Shown here piece after piece: positions 25,170 through 38,300 of a stretch of DNA of 64,000 bases. Source of the DNA: Tubulanus polymorphus (Eukaryota > Animalia > Nemertea); assembly GCF_964204645.1 (NCBI RefSeq), contig NC_134028.1:9176001-9240000 (forward strand). Reading direction: 5' to 3'. The notes under the pieces were generated by a model. That model was not told where the DNA came from. It worked only from the letters and a program-made list of their open reading frames with translations, and searched no databases. The position numbers were made by a program, and so were the translations under genes. Position 1 is the first letter of the stretch. Every line of letters starts with the position of its first letter.

Positions 25170-26039
25170 TCATCGATGATGGCCCATACCTTCCCATCGA
25201 GTGACCACACTGCCGATACTTTCTTTTTCGTGTTTGTAGAGAAATTTAACAAAGTCAGCTCTCGGTTTGGTCAGGTCTTCGGATATAGAAATTTTCGTAC
25301 TTTTTAGTTTGCGTCGATTTTTTAGAATGTTCACTTTATCTAAGTGTCGAACGAATTTGACAATCATCGGTCTCGGCTTCCGGGGGTCTCTGGATTTTCT
25401 TCCGATGCGATGAATCCGATCTATTTGAAGAGGTTCGACTATTATATCTAGTTTTGTTTTGAATAGATTAATGCATTTCGATAGGCAATCCTCATTGTCT
25501 TCTTCTGTCAAATTGAAGATTCTTACCGAGTTGCGCCGAGTATACATCTCGAGTTCCTCTGTTGCTGAGTTTGATTCGAAGATGCAGTTATCGTATTCGG
25601 ACACAGTTTTTTCAAGAGCTTTAAATTTGGTTTGCAGTATTTCAATCTCCGAACTTAGTGACTGAATTTTATCGTTTATGGATGATTGAAGGTTGTCGAT
25701 TGATTTGCCCTGGTCGAAAAGTATGGAGTGTAGTTTGTCAAACTTGTCTTCAATGATTTGTTGAATATCGCTTTTAAATTGTACTAGAATGGATTTAACT
25801 ATCAACGTTATTAAGTTCTTGATGCTATCGGACGATAAGGCTTCCATTACATTTGCCTCAATTAAGTCCTGAGCAAGAGATGGTTCAGTTGAACTCTTAG
25901 ATGTTCTGTCAGTAAACACATCGTCATCACCAGTTGAGTTGCGACTAGCTGTTTTCTGCCTCTTTTTATCGTCTGATGTGGAGGAGGTGGACTGCTCAGA
26001 GATCTCGGAAGAGTTGTTTTTTCTTCGTTTCCTACCCAT
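25170..26039 (-). CDS. LINE ORF1 (coiled coil plus RRM-type RNA-binding domain), probably frameshifted near its C-terminus
   Basis: LEMYTRRNSVRIF, DRIHRIG, PRPMIVKF and ISEDLT motifs; the expected WSLDGKV tail continues in another frame from ~25205 to a stop near 25107. Confidence 0.85.
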   Translation of the reverse strand: MGRKRRKNNSSEISEQSTSSTSDDKKRQKTASRNSTGDDDVFTDRTSKSSTEPSLAQDLIEANVMEALSSDSIKNLITLIVKSILVQFKSDIQQIIEDKFDKLHSILFDQGKSIDNLQSSINDKIQSLSSEIEILQTKFKALEKTVSEYDNCIFESNSATEELEMYTRRNSVRIFNLTEEDNEDCLSKCINLFKTKLDIIVEPLQIDRIHRIGRKSRDPRKPRPMIVKFVRHLDKVNILKNRRKLKSTKISISEDLTKPRADFVKFLYKHEKESIGSVVTRWEGMGHHR

Positions 26040-26559
26040 TTTGCACGGCTGAACTATTTACTAAGCGATCCTTTCACGATCAAACGAACATTTGACGAAC
26101 AAATTGAAATGATCATACATACGATCATACATACGAGAATGACGACAGTGAATTAAATCCGTACAGTGACGATGAAGATCACGATCATGAACAGTTGAGC
26201 TTTTCACAATAAACACATAAATCCAGACAGAATGATTAAATTACGATCGTTTAACGATCATACGTACAGATTGAAACGATCGTACATACGAAACTGACGA
26301 CAGTAACTGAAATCCATACAATGACGATCGCGATCATGAACGGCATTAACTTTTCATAATATGCTCATAAATCCAGACAGTAAAGTTGCCCATATCCATG
26401 ACGAATTTTGATGATAATACCTATCGAACTAGTTTAAACATACATCAACTTCGAAGGCTCATGCCATAAAATGAATGCACTTCTGACGACTTTTTCTAAC
26501 GGAGCGTCATGGGACTGGCTACCACATTGCCGCCATGTTGAATGTAACGTTCTTAACGC

Positions 26560-26930
26560 GTAACAAGTTGTGTTGGAAGCTGCAATGGCGGGTTTTTCTG
26601 ATGGTATTTCATTCGATATATATCAAACGACTATTACGATGACACAGAACACCGACCTTCAACGACAACTTCTGCAGTGCTTAAAGAACTAGACAGTCTG
26701 TAGAAGTATATCGGTGTACTCGTCATGATAATTCGGATACATCTTGTAATAAATGCGGTCTTGCAAAAAATAGGTCATGAATTTCATGTGCTACTCGAAT
26801 GCAGTTCACTACGAAAAGAACGCCAGATACATATTTCTTCTGGCGGGCACCAAATATTTTCAAATAGTCAATACCACCGATGATGATTTAGAAAACTAGT
26901 CGATTGTTAAATAAATTTGATTTATAAACT
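26560..26930 (+). mobile_element. Old LINE 3' remnant (second, longer copy at ~37975-38650)
   Basis: Degraded frame containing IGHEFHVLLECSSLRKER, resembling the C-terminal CCHC region of LINE ORF2 proteins. Confidence 0.5.
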
Positions 26931-27176
26931 TATGGAACAATTTACAGCACGGTGTTATGAATAATCTCTTATCCCACTAATAATTGTATGGAAAATGACC
27001 TCATTCGATGACCGTCCAACTTTTGTGATGAAGTCTTGATTCTGTTTACATTTCTAAATATCATAGGTAATAAACCCTTCCATCTTAAATTGTTAAATGT
27101 AATTTGTCACAGTTGCAAAATCCCAATTACCAATGCACTCGTTAGCTCTTTCAAACACCAAGGCAAAATAATCCCT

Positions 27177-28130
27177 CTAAGGCCTCAGAGATATACGGCT
27201 AATCTTAGTACAGAAATATTCACGTATTTCTCGTCCCAGTAAAAGATATATGTAAAAGTTAATGGAGTAGTTAGATAAAAGGAATTGACCGAATATATCT
27301 AACATAAATAATCTTTGGTCCATCGAGATTGGTATGAAAATAGCGATAGAGTTTGGAAGTGTAAAAATCGCGAATGCGATCGAAACTGTTACAAGCATTA
27401 TCGTTGTACGTTTAGCTTTCGTAGTTTTCTTATCAGACGATACCATTTGTGAACTTCTAAATAACTGAACTATTATAACAGAATTGGATACAATTATTAA
27501 AGTTAGAGTTAGGAGATAAACATAGATAACGTACGCTACAAAATATATGAATTCGACAGATAACTCGTAGTAGCATCCAAAAAATCGGTCCAAAAACTCC
27601 ATTATTACTATTGGGTAAGTACCCATTACCAACGCATTTATTACGAAAATAGTAACAATGACGCATCGGGCGAATCTCGGTGTACATATCAAACGAGATG
27701 TGAACGGGAAGAGCACAACTGCCGCACGTTCCAGAGATATAGCAACTACTAACCAGGAACTGCTAGCGCCGATGAATGTCATCAAAAATTCAGATATTTG
27801 ACAACCCATGAGCGAGTTTATCACAAATATTGGACCATTGTTTAGATGCAAGAGAAAATACTGTAAAACAGGCATCAGAGTAGAATTTATGCAGTACATC
27901 AAATCACAGATAGACAAAGCGATCAGATAGTTAGCGTATGATAAACCGCGGAATCTGCGACTTATCATAATCAAGAAAGAAGCCGAATTTCCGAATGCAC
28001 CTGAAAGGAATAAGATAAGCAGAATGACGATAGAAAGTGTACGGTAGTTGCCAGTTTTTAGTTCCAAAGACATGAGCACCATGTAGTTGTGAGGTCGAGA
28101 AACAACAAACTGTGTACGGTTAGAATTCAT
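27177..28130 (-). CDS. Rhodopsin-class GPCR, peptide-receptor-like (family B, copy 1), 317 aa
   Basis: GN in TM1, LSICD in TM2, SSWLVVAISLER at the end of TM3, FTLP in TM6, NYSINFYIY in TM7. Confidence 0.92.
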   Translation of the reverse strand: MNSNRTQFVVSRPHNYMVLMSLELKTGNYRTLSIVILLILFLSGAFGNSASFLIMISRRFRGLSYANYLIALSICDLMYCINSTLMPVLQYFLLHLNNGPIFVINSLMGCQISEFLMTFIGASSSWLVVAISLERAAVVLFPFTSRLICTPRFARCVIVTIFVINALVMGTYPIVIMEFLDRFFGCYYELSVEFIYFVAYVIYVYLLTLTLIIVSNSVIIVQLFRSSQMVSSDKKTTKAKRTTIMLVTVSIAFAIFTLPNSIAIFIPISMDQRLFMLDIFGQFLLSNYSINFYIYLLLGREIREYFCTKISRISLRP

Positions 28131-28459
28131 GATTCAACCGTGTTAACAGATTCGCTGTCTACTCACATACTGGAATACCGTTAACGTGAAAGAAATCCAC
28201 AAAGATACTGATTAAGCCTTATCACTTTATGATAGCTGTTCGTCATTTGTTACTTTCAGAGTTGATTTTTCATTTAGTTTCACCAATGAAATTGTGAGTT
28301 AAGATAATTTCCGCCCCAACTCATTTTCGTGAAATGATGTTTATCTAGTGTGTAAAATACGTCTCAGTTGAGTCGGAATTAAGTAGTTTATCATATGTTT
28401 AAAGTATATTCACGCTGGTATAACGAGATGATTTTATTATGAGGCAACATTCATTCAAT

Positions 28460-28895
28460 TTGTCTCTTTGATCAAGACAATTTCGCACAGAAATATTCGC
28501 GTAATATTTCTCGTCCCAGTAAAAGATATATGTAGAAATTAATGGAATGATTACATAGTTGGAAATTGGCTGAGTATAAATGATGGTTCGTTGAGATTGG
28601 AATGAAAACCGCAATAGAGTTTGGAAGTTTAAACACTGCAAGCATTATTGATGTTCGTTTTGATTATTTTGAAAGCAGTTGAGAACCTTTGATTAACTGA
28701 ACTAACAGAATTTGATGTAATCATCAAAATTTATGTTAGATAATAAATGTAAATAGCGTACGCTATAGAATATACGAATTGGACGGGTAACCTGAAAGGA
28801 ATAAGATATAAGCAGAATGATAGTATCAAAGACATGGGAACCATGTGTTTGTATAAAGGCCGAGAAACAACCCTCTCTGTCCAGGTAGAATTCAT
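28460..28895 (-). pseudogene. Internally deleted relic of a family-B GPCR
   Basis: Start (atgaattcta...gttgtttctcg) and TM7/tail (NHSINFYIYLLLGREILREYFC) align to GPCR-B, but most of the middle is missing and frames are broken. Confidence 0.8.
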
Positions 28896-30483
28896 GATGA
28901 TTCACCAGAATCATCAGACTCATTGTCTACTTGCTTAATGTAATGTAATGCATATATTAATAATGTTTTATTCGCGTGACTGCTATTCCACTTTTTATTG
29001 CCAAAAGAAATATTATGTTGCCGCATTGTTGCACTTTTCAGCAGTCATTGCTATATGAACCAAATGATTTTTGGATGTCGATTTTGTAATATGAATATGC
29101 AAAACAACTCCAAAAGATATACTATCTTTCGATTAAGTTATCTTTAGAATGATAACCCCCAGAGAGCAGTTTGCCATGGAAAGTAAAAATTGTAATGATT
29201 TGTTGTAATATTTTAATGAATTTATTAAAAGAAGGTATTCTCCTTCACGGAGCATTACCGAACATATATACACGTGTACAGCTATACAAAATCACTGATC
29301 GTTAAAACTCTTACAGTCTTAAAGCCTCGTCATAACGACATTGAACTTAAACTACATGTCGACTGGGATTCGAACCTGGTGCCATCGGTAATCCGGTGGC
29401 ATGATGTCACCAGGTTCGAAAACCAGCCAGGAGGGGATTGTAATCAAAATATATATCATATGTACATCATTATTCACTACCCATCCTCCCTCGACAGGGA
29501 TTCCTGATGGCATCACTCAGCTATGGCAAGGCTGAATGCCATCAAGAAGTTCGAATCCCTGCTGGGGGAGGATGTCTATACAAAATTCAATAAGACCATA
29601 ACCGGTTAAAATTTATGATATTGCAGTAAGCACGTATCAACCTGCAGCCCGGAACCACTCCTAAGAGATTCACTATTTATAATCGAGTGTCTAGGACTGC
29701 AAGGATAGCAACGTGAATTTCAGTTGAACTTTTGATCTTAGGTGAAGAGTTCCGAGCTGGTGAACATATACAGAAACGAAATTCACCGTATAATCGGAAC
29801 AGGTCATGAGCTACATTTTTATCAAACGATTTTGAAATCGGGCTACGCCTAACTTAGTTAGCTACCTAATCGTTGGTGGCGAGCTCTTTTAATCGTATGG
29901 GCTTATACCAACGGTATATGCGGTTTGTGGAAATATCCGATCGTGAAACTAAACCACAGACAGGTCACTGACTAGGCCTACGCCTAACTGTCCAGGCTCA
30001 CCATGCCCACTTTGGAAGTAGTTTGAAATGCTCAACTGTATTTGTATACATGTACCTGCAAAATTGGACCGATCGGACACAGTCCTGAGACCTTATCATG
30101 TCAAAAAGATGTTTTGTTTTTGCCTGAATTCCAAGCTCTGTAGCTTCCGTGTGATTTGCCAATTTTCATTGAAATTCTTGATGGTTATACTTTGAGAAGG
30201 GCCGTCAGACGGGTCTTTCAATCAGTCAATTGTCACGCAATCGGCAGCCATCGGCTGTCATCAGTCCTCATTTTTAGATGGAAAAAAATTTTGAGGGAAA
30301 TATCAACAGGTTTTTTCAAGGGAGTTGAATATTCCAACATGTTCTAAAACGTAGTTTTCATGTTGTTTTCATTAGGCTATGACTATTTTTTTGGTTCGTC
30401 TTCTCTGTATATTTCATAAGTCGTTATCTATTTTGTACAGATGTACATATAAATCTTTTTTCGATATTTGGGGTACAAATTTT

Positions 30484-31518
30484 CTACATTCGCTTTTCTA
30501 GCCGATGACAGCTCAAAAACCAAATAAGTGTTTTTCCGAAACCTTTTCGGATACCCAAATATACGAATAGATTTATCATCGAATTGATGGCGTGTAATAA
30601 CTGCGCGGAATGATACGGCCGATACCATTTTTTGCTATCGTTTTCCGGTAAAAGCGCCGGCAAAAACGTATTTATAACACCCATTATGTATTCAACCATA
30701 AATATTACGTTTAGAACTAGTATTGTCATTGTTATTTGTCGACCTTGTTTGCTTTCGGTCGAATTCGATTCATCGTCCTCGTCGATTTGTTGAAGTTTCC
30801 GCCGCGTGCGAGCCGCGTTCCGTACCAATAAATACATATGACCGTTACACGCTAAAATAAAGGTACCTGGGATAAACAGAAGCACAACCTTGGCAAATAC
30901 AAAATCGTAATACATTGCGTATCGTTTATTTAGAAGTAGTAATTTTCTAAGATGCACATATGCGCATGGGTGATTGGGCATCACCACGTAAGACTCTTTA
31001 TCCCAAATAGTCGGTATCTCGAAGATAAAAGTAAGAATCCAAATGGCTATCGAAACGCGTAATGCATTTTGAATTGTGCATATTTGTCTGGCAGAAAGGG
31101 GAAATCGAATCGCTATATAGCGGTCTATACTCAACGCGAAAAGCAGCCACGGACTTGTAGTCATGGTCATCTGAAATATGAAATCTACATAAATATAGAC
31201 GTGACGGAAATATTGTTGATAAATGCGATTATACCGAACGTGTTCGAACGGGTAGTTCCTCGAAAGAATCATCAAATCGCGCCCGAACATTACTGCAGTT
31301 AAACAATTCATCATATCGGCAATAGCGAGCACTTCCAAGTATAAAATACTGCTTCCTCGAACTTTCATCAGGCGGAGAACTATGAATGCGAGACAGTTGG
31401 CGACTCCGCCGATGCTGTAAAGGATCACACGAATTAACGTCATGACGGTAGCGTACGTGTACGTACCTTCGGCACCGTCGCATGATTTACCGCAACATAT
31501 AACCGTTTCATTTGCCAT
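30484..31518 (-). CDS. Rhodopsin-class GPCR family A, copy 2, 344 aa
   Basis: Intact ORF; 7 amino-acid differences from copy 1 by manual comparison. Confidence 0.93.
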   Translation of the reverse strand: MANETVICCGKSCDGAEGTYTYATVMTLIRVILYSIGGVANCLAFIVLRLMKVRGSSILYLEVLAIADMMNCLTAVMFGRDLMILSRNYPFEHVRYNRIYQQYFRHVYIYVDFIFQMTMTTSPWLLFALSIDRYIAIRFPLSARQICTIQNALRVSIAIWILTFIFEIPTIWDKESYVVMPNHPCAYVHLRKLLLLNKRYAMYYDFVFAKVVLLFIPGTFILACNGHMYLLVRNAARTRRKLQQIDEDDESNSTESKQGRQITMTILVLNVIFMVEYIMGVINTFLPALLPENDSKKWYRPYHSAQLLHAINSMINLFVYLGIRKGFGKTLIWFLSCHRLEKRM

Positions 31519-32325
31519 CGCTACGTATTGTTAGCTTTCATCGCAACGAAAAAATCAAGTTATAATACCCGCAAATAATGCCGCACATCTTTTCCGACGG
31601 TTGGTTTGCCTTCGTACGAAACATTTTTACGTAACGTTTTCTGATGACAATCTTCGCTAGTTGTCTGTTGGCATCCCTTCCTAGTTTGTAATCTTCCTCA
31701 CGTCTAGAGGTATAATTTCTATCCCGATACTCTTAGCTCAGCAAAGGTTGTAACTCAAAGAACAGCGCACATTCATGGAAACTAACGTACGTATGAGATT
31801 CTTTTATTCGAATGCGCTCTGTTCACTAGCTCATGAAAGCTATGAAAGACTTTCAAATTCTAATCCGAGATAAGAGAATTGAGTGAAGGTCATTTATATT
31901 CTATTTTCCCACGCAGTAGAACACATAAATCTCATAACAAGTTTGAAATGGATAAGAATGTCACCACATCCCCTAATGAAACCGCTTATTTTTTGATTTT
32001 ATATCAATAGGTCTTAATAGTGATAGAAATAATACACGTGTTTGCAGTTTACCCACGGTCCAAGCAGCAACCTTGCAGAATTTAGTATTTCAGCTGAAAT
32101 GTATCTGCCAATTCTATCGAAAGTTCATTAATGACTTCGTTGAATGGCTTTATCTTTTTGTGCTGTAATATAATGTAGTAAATATGTAGTAAATGATTTA
32201 ATGTGCCGAAAATTTGAAGATTGCATCATGGACTATAAATTTCGTCTCGGATTTCCCTGAATGATTTCTCTGAATGATTTCCAAAGCAAAATCCAACCAA
32301 AGGCATGAGTAATTGTATATATGTC

Positions 32326-35300
32326 GTTTCAGATCAAAGGTCAAAAGGTCGAGCTCATAAAAAAGAAAAAAAGAAATCCTCGCATGCTCGAATTTATTTC
32401 TTATTTCTTAATCACTCAACGTTTCAACCTTTAATCTGAAACAACTAACAATATTGATATATATGAACATTATTTAAAATGAATATTCAAAATATACAGT
32501 GAATTCTTAAATAGAATTAAAGATACTACAAATGTCAAATCTGTAGATTATAAATTCAAAAAGTTAACAGAATTAACATTACATAAGAAATATTTAATTA
32601 CAAATATTGAAACATATACTAGTAGACATGGTAATAAATTAGTTATTGACTTATATATAGAATATATCCTTAGAATATAAAGGACTAAAAGGAAATAAAT
32701 ATAAATTCAGAACATATTTACCAGATAGATTTCATAGATTATCTAGTGAAGATATTGAAGAATTATATTCAGGTGATTTCTATTTCATATACAAAGGTCA
32801 AGATGAAAAAGGGCACCATGATATAGATTTCGAATAAAAATTCAATTTTTAACATACAAAGTGCGAGTAAAGTGTAAGTGAAATAATTCATATCAAAAAC
32901 ATTGAGTATTTATATTTATATGCGTTAGATTCTTGATTTTTTAACATAAAAAGTGTGAGTAAAGTGTGATTGAATAAATTTTATATTTTAAACATATTTT
33001 GATATTCATATTTGTATGAGTAAGACTTTTTAACATTAAAAGTGTGAGTTAAGTGTGAGAAATAATTCATATTTTAACATTGAATATATATATCTTAATG
33101 AGTTAGATTTATTTTGATAAAAGTTTTGTTATAAAATGAAGAAAGAAGAAGAGGAACCCAAATTTAAAATCGAAATCAATGAAACTAATATTTTATTTTC
33201 ATTATTAAACATCAAAAATTATATCTCAGCAACGAATTGAGTGTATGCAAGACAATATAAAATTGATAATATTACTGTAATTAATCAAATATTATTAAAT
33301 GAAACATATTTAATTTACTGAACTTATAGATACTTTTGATATAATGGCGCCAAAATTCCTAGAATATTTAATGGAAGAAATGATGATTTAATACTTTCTA
33401 AAGGGTACAATGATTTGATTAACTTAAGAATTTATAAACGACAATTATATCATTTTGTTTTGATAATAAACAAATTATCTATAATGAAAATTCATCTAAT
33501 ATTGGAATTCAATGTGAATTTGATAATAATAAATCTTTTAAAGGTATTGGAATAAAATGTGATTTAGATAATGAATTTTAAAATTTTAATCCTAATGAGA
33601 AAGTGTATTGTTATTGTGGCGGCAAATATTTAAGATCACATAAATCAAAGCATTTTCAGACAAGTAAACATATCAATTATGGAAAGAATAATAATTCATT
33701 CTATATTGAAAAAAATAAGCAGTATGAGTAATTGCAAAATTTCAAATATATGATAGTTAAAACATTGTGAAATTAGTCAATGAATAACTGTTGCCTCTAG
33801 CAACTAAATAATGTTTTAGATTACTTTTTCAGGTTGGAATGCTGGAATCATTCTCATTCATTTATTTAAGCAAAAAAAATTAAAGTAATTTGAAATATCT
33901 TATTTTGAATATTTTAGTTTTATAATCATTTTTAAAATGTTTAACTTTTAAATGATTAAACTTTTCAATTTAACATTTTAACAATTAAACAGTTATTCAT
34001 TAACTAATTTCACAATGTTCTTTAACTATCATATATTTGAAATTTTCCAATTACTCATACAGCTTAATCTTTATTCAATATAGAATTATTATTCTTTCCA
34101 TAATTAATATGTAACGAGACGAGTAGTACTGTATATGGTAACTATTTATTTGACGCACGAGCTTTCGCTTCTAATGAATAGAAGCTTCATCAGGTGAATG
34201 ATTTTAAAACTGAAATATTCAAAATAAGATATTGGCTGCTTTAAACTTTTATTATGAGATTACCAGTAAGGATTTGATGAATGAAAATATGAAATTGAGT
34301 AAGAAATCAAAGAAATAAAATGGAAATAAGCATAGAAATAAAAAAAAATAAAAAAGTTAATTTAGAAAATGATTTATTTCTGTCTTAATCCTCTAAATCA
34401 TTTTCTAAATCAACATTTCTATTTTTTTTATTTCTATGATTATTTCCATTTGATTTCTTTAATTTCTTACTCAATTTCATATTTTCATTCATCAAATCTA
34501 TATATCTAGTATCGTTACCGATATTCTCATAATAAAAGTATAGCGCAGCCAATATTAAACCTCCAGCAACTAAATAATGTTATAAATCACTTTTTCCAGT
34601 TGGAATGCTGAAATCATTCTCATTCATTTATTTAAGAAAAAAAAATTAAAGTAATTTGAAATATCTTATTTTGAATATTTTAGGTTTATAATCATTTTAA
34701 AATTTTAAACTTTTAAATGATTAAATCAAATATTAATTTAACATTTTAACAATTAAACAGTTATTCATTAACTAATTTCACAATGTTTTATCTATATATA
34801 TTTGAAATTTTCCGATTACTCATACAGCTTAATCTTTTTTCAATATAGAATTATTATTCTTTCCATAATTGATATGTTTAATTGTCTGATAATGCTTTGA
34901 TTTATGTGATCTTAAATATTTGCCGCCACAATAACAATACACTTTCTCATTAGGATTAAACTTTTTAAATTCATTATCTAAATCACATTGAATTCCAATA
35001 TTTGATGAATTTTCAGTATGGATAATTTGTTTATTATCAAAATTAAAATGATATAATTGTCGTTTTTCAATTCTTAAGTTAATCAAATCATTGTAACCTT
35101 CCAAAAGTATTAAATCATCATTTCTTTCATTAAAAGGTGTTTCAAGAATATTTATTATGTTTTCATCTAAATTACCTTTACAATTTAAAACTGTATTAGA
35201 TATTCTAGGATTTTTGGCGCCATTATCTAAAGTATCTATAAGTTCAGTAATTAAATGGTTCTATTAGGACTTTTGTAATCTATGTTCAGGAAAAATAATT

Positions 35301-35330
35301 TCGTTTTTATTATTTTCATGAACCCTTTGT
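32326..35330. mobile_element. Second, longer copy of the AT-rich virus-like segment with a large palindrome
   Basis: Same hairpin (32326-32442) and repeats; zinc-finger gene present on both strands (~33400-33700 + and 34829-35104 -); turn point near 34380. Confidence 0.55.
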
Positions 35331-38300
35331 TTGAGTGTCATATGGAATTCTCATTCCCAAGGTAACACAAATAGTAAACATTTACTTGTGTATTGTCTTG
35401 AATGCATGTTTTGTCTTCATGCGGTCAATTCGTGAAGATTATATATCTAACATCAGCGGAAAAGATCGAGTTTTTTAAAGTTTTATCTTGAATTTCCTTT
35501 TCTCATCCCCACAGTCTCAATAGGTGTAAGAATGGTATGCGGCCCCATACTGATTGACTTCTCACAGATTTGTTGGTGACGGCGCCTTTGCAACACGATT
35601 GCTATTTTGTGTGAAGATGTGGGAAGCGGCAAAATATGGCCTGGAATTTCCATAGAAAACTGGTAACCGGAATTTTCATGAAAAAGACATTTTTTCCACC
35701 AATATGTATCATCTAGGCAAAACAAGACCCTTAACACTAGAAAGAGTTTCGAGGATCAATGAATCATTCTACGCCCATTGCTATTCTACCTTAACTAACT
35801 TGAAAGTTTATTTACACCTTGAAAAGTAATACAAAGCTTAATATTTTCGATGATGAATGATATATTATGAAATCATATGATATTTAGGATAGATTAAGTT
35901 ATTTCGAATTTGAATATATCGATAATTGAATTGAATTGATCGGCAGCCGGTCTAACCCAGTCATATTGATGGAGGAGATGCACATGCGAATTTTTCACGA
36001 GCGAGTTTCAACCATCTTGTTTCTTGCAGTGCGCATGCTCTCCACTCTGATAGTTTACACAATCCAGGTGTCGTACGTACCACAATAAACAATTTACACC
36101 CAGGCACCAATTTCTTTCCTACGATATTACATCTACATGATTTGATTTTGACAATCAATATCTGACATGGACACTTTTTTTAAGTTGGGGAAAATTGATT
36201 TTCTGATGCAATTCTATTTTCATCTCACGACTCATCAACAAGATATTTTCTGTGTAAGTTTTGACCATTGATCAGTTTACAAAAACGCTAGGTTGGCCCG
36301 CCTTGATGGGGAGGTGGTTTTCCATTCGATAAGCTGGGGATACAGACCTATAGTCTATACAGCGACATTGCTGTCAACCACGCGTTTGCTTATTTTGTTG
36401 GGAGATAGTTTAGTAGGTTAGATTAATGTACGTAAGCTGGAGTTCATGGCCAGTGTTGCTATTGTCAGACAACCTGCGTTGATGCGTACGTCATACATGA
36501 ACAGCCACAAAACCTGCGTTGATGCGTACGTCATACATGAACAATAAATAGAAGTAATGTAAATAAACAAGTCTGGAAGTAACGTATGTATTCGCGTAGG
36601 GAAACCTAAATATGGTGCGGCCATGAGCTCCGACAAGTGCAAAAGGTATTTTCAGGTTATTGCGACGTGTGTAGGTATGTCAACACTCCATACATGGGTG
36701 AAAGAATGTTGTGACGTATGAATACGTCACAATCCATGAATTCCAAGCCATGTATAGAAGAGGGCCAGCATACGTTACTAAATATGGAATAATATAAAGG
36801 AAAAGAAAGCTCAGAGGTAAAAGGAGGCTTGAGAGAAAAGAGGGACGTTTTAAAACGAAGAGAGCTCGAGGGAGCAAGATTTTGCACATCTGGTTTAGAA
36901 GAATGAATACGAATAGATAACTTAAGAAGTCGTTCAAGTTATATACGGGAGCATTATAAGAAGTGAAGAACCAGCACCGAAGATCCGGCCTAGAACACAG
37001 TAACCCCTCACAACATCGCCTGGTGGAGATTGGCTTCCACAACAATTCCATGTGTATCTATTTACAAATACAGAAAAGAGCATGTGCACTGCGAACAAAA
37101 TGGTGGAAATTCTCTCGTGAAAAAAAATCGAAAAAATATTTCGAATACAAAATGAACGATTAATGTATAATTAATTTGAACCACCGATATTGATGACGTA
37201 ATGCATATCAATGCGCATAGAACCTCTTATAGCGCATAGTATTTATAATATCAATGTATACGAACATTATTATAACGGTTTTTACGGCGTCGAAAAGAAA
37301 ATATTTTCGCTAGTATCCTTCATTAACCCTTAATTACACAATGTCAAAGTAATTTTCACATATAAATCTATAGTATCGAACCACTCTTAATTACATTCAA
37401 CATCGCTATATTAACGACCACGCTTTAGGTGTCATATTTGTGTTTTTTAGACAGATTCTATATATCACCATACAGTGTAAAAATGTGTTTAAAAACGGTT
37501 GTTACGAAAAAAAGATTTATGTTAATGATATCCGAGCTGTCTATGACGCAGATGCTACCTCGACGAATGATTTTTTTCGCATAAATCACCAGTTTTATGT
37601 AAAAATAAGCTGTAGCCAGACAGTAGCAGTTGTTCAAAATACGACTTAATGATCGTTCTCAGGTCACGTAAGTACGCATAGCCCATAATGATAGGGATGG
37701 TCTTTTCGAACGAATTCATTTATTCATGTTGCAAGTTACTCTTTATCAACATTATGACTAGTACTGGCATGTCACAGCAGCACAGTTAGAAATAACGCCC
37801 AATTCATGATTTTTATAACCAAAGCTCTTAGGAAAACAGGGTGCAGTTTCGCAGTCCATGTCACGTATTAGAACCGTCTTGGTTCCTGTAAGATAAGCTA
37901 TTTTGATAATGATACACCTGTCTGTATAGGACACCGAGTTTTTTTAGACGATAGGAAACGGACGGTCTAAACGCGTAACAAGTTGTGTTGGAAGCTGCAA
38001 TGGCGGATTTTTCTGATGGCATTTCATTCGATATATATCAAACGACTATTACGATGACACAGAACACCGACCTTCAACGACAACTTCTGCAGTGTGTAAT
38101 TTCGCTCTGTCTAGTGCTTAAAGAACTAGACAGTCTGTAGAAGTATATCGGTGTACTCGTCATGATAATTCGGATACATCTTGTAATAATTGTGGTCTAG
38201 CAAAAAATAGGTCATGAATTTCATGTGCTACTCGAATGCAGTTCACTACGAAAAGAACGCCAGATACATATTTCTTCTGGTGGGCACCAAATATTTTCAA

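Larger units (their letters stand above)
21246..26554 (-). mobile_element. Near full-length non-LTR retrotransposon (CR1/L2/Crack group)
   Basis: ORF1 plus APE-RT ORF2; the 3' end reads AATAAA-ttattactta on the minus strand; absent at the equivalent position in unit 2 (~37954-37970). Confidence 0.92.
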
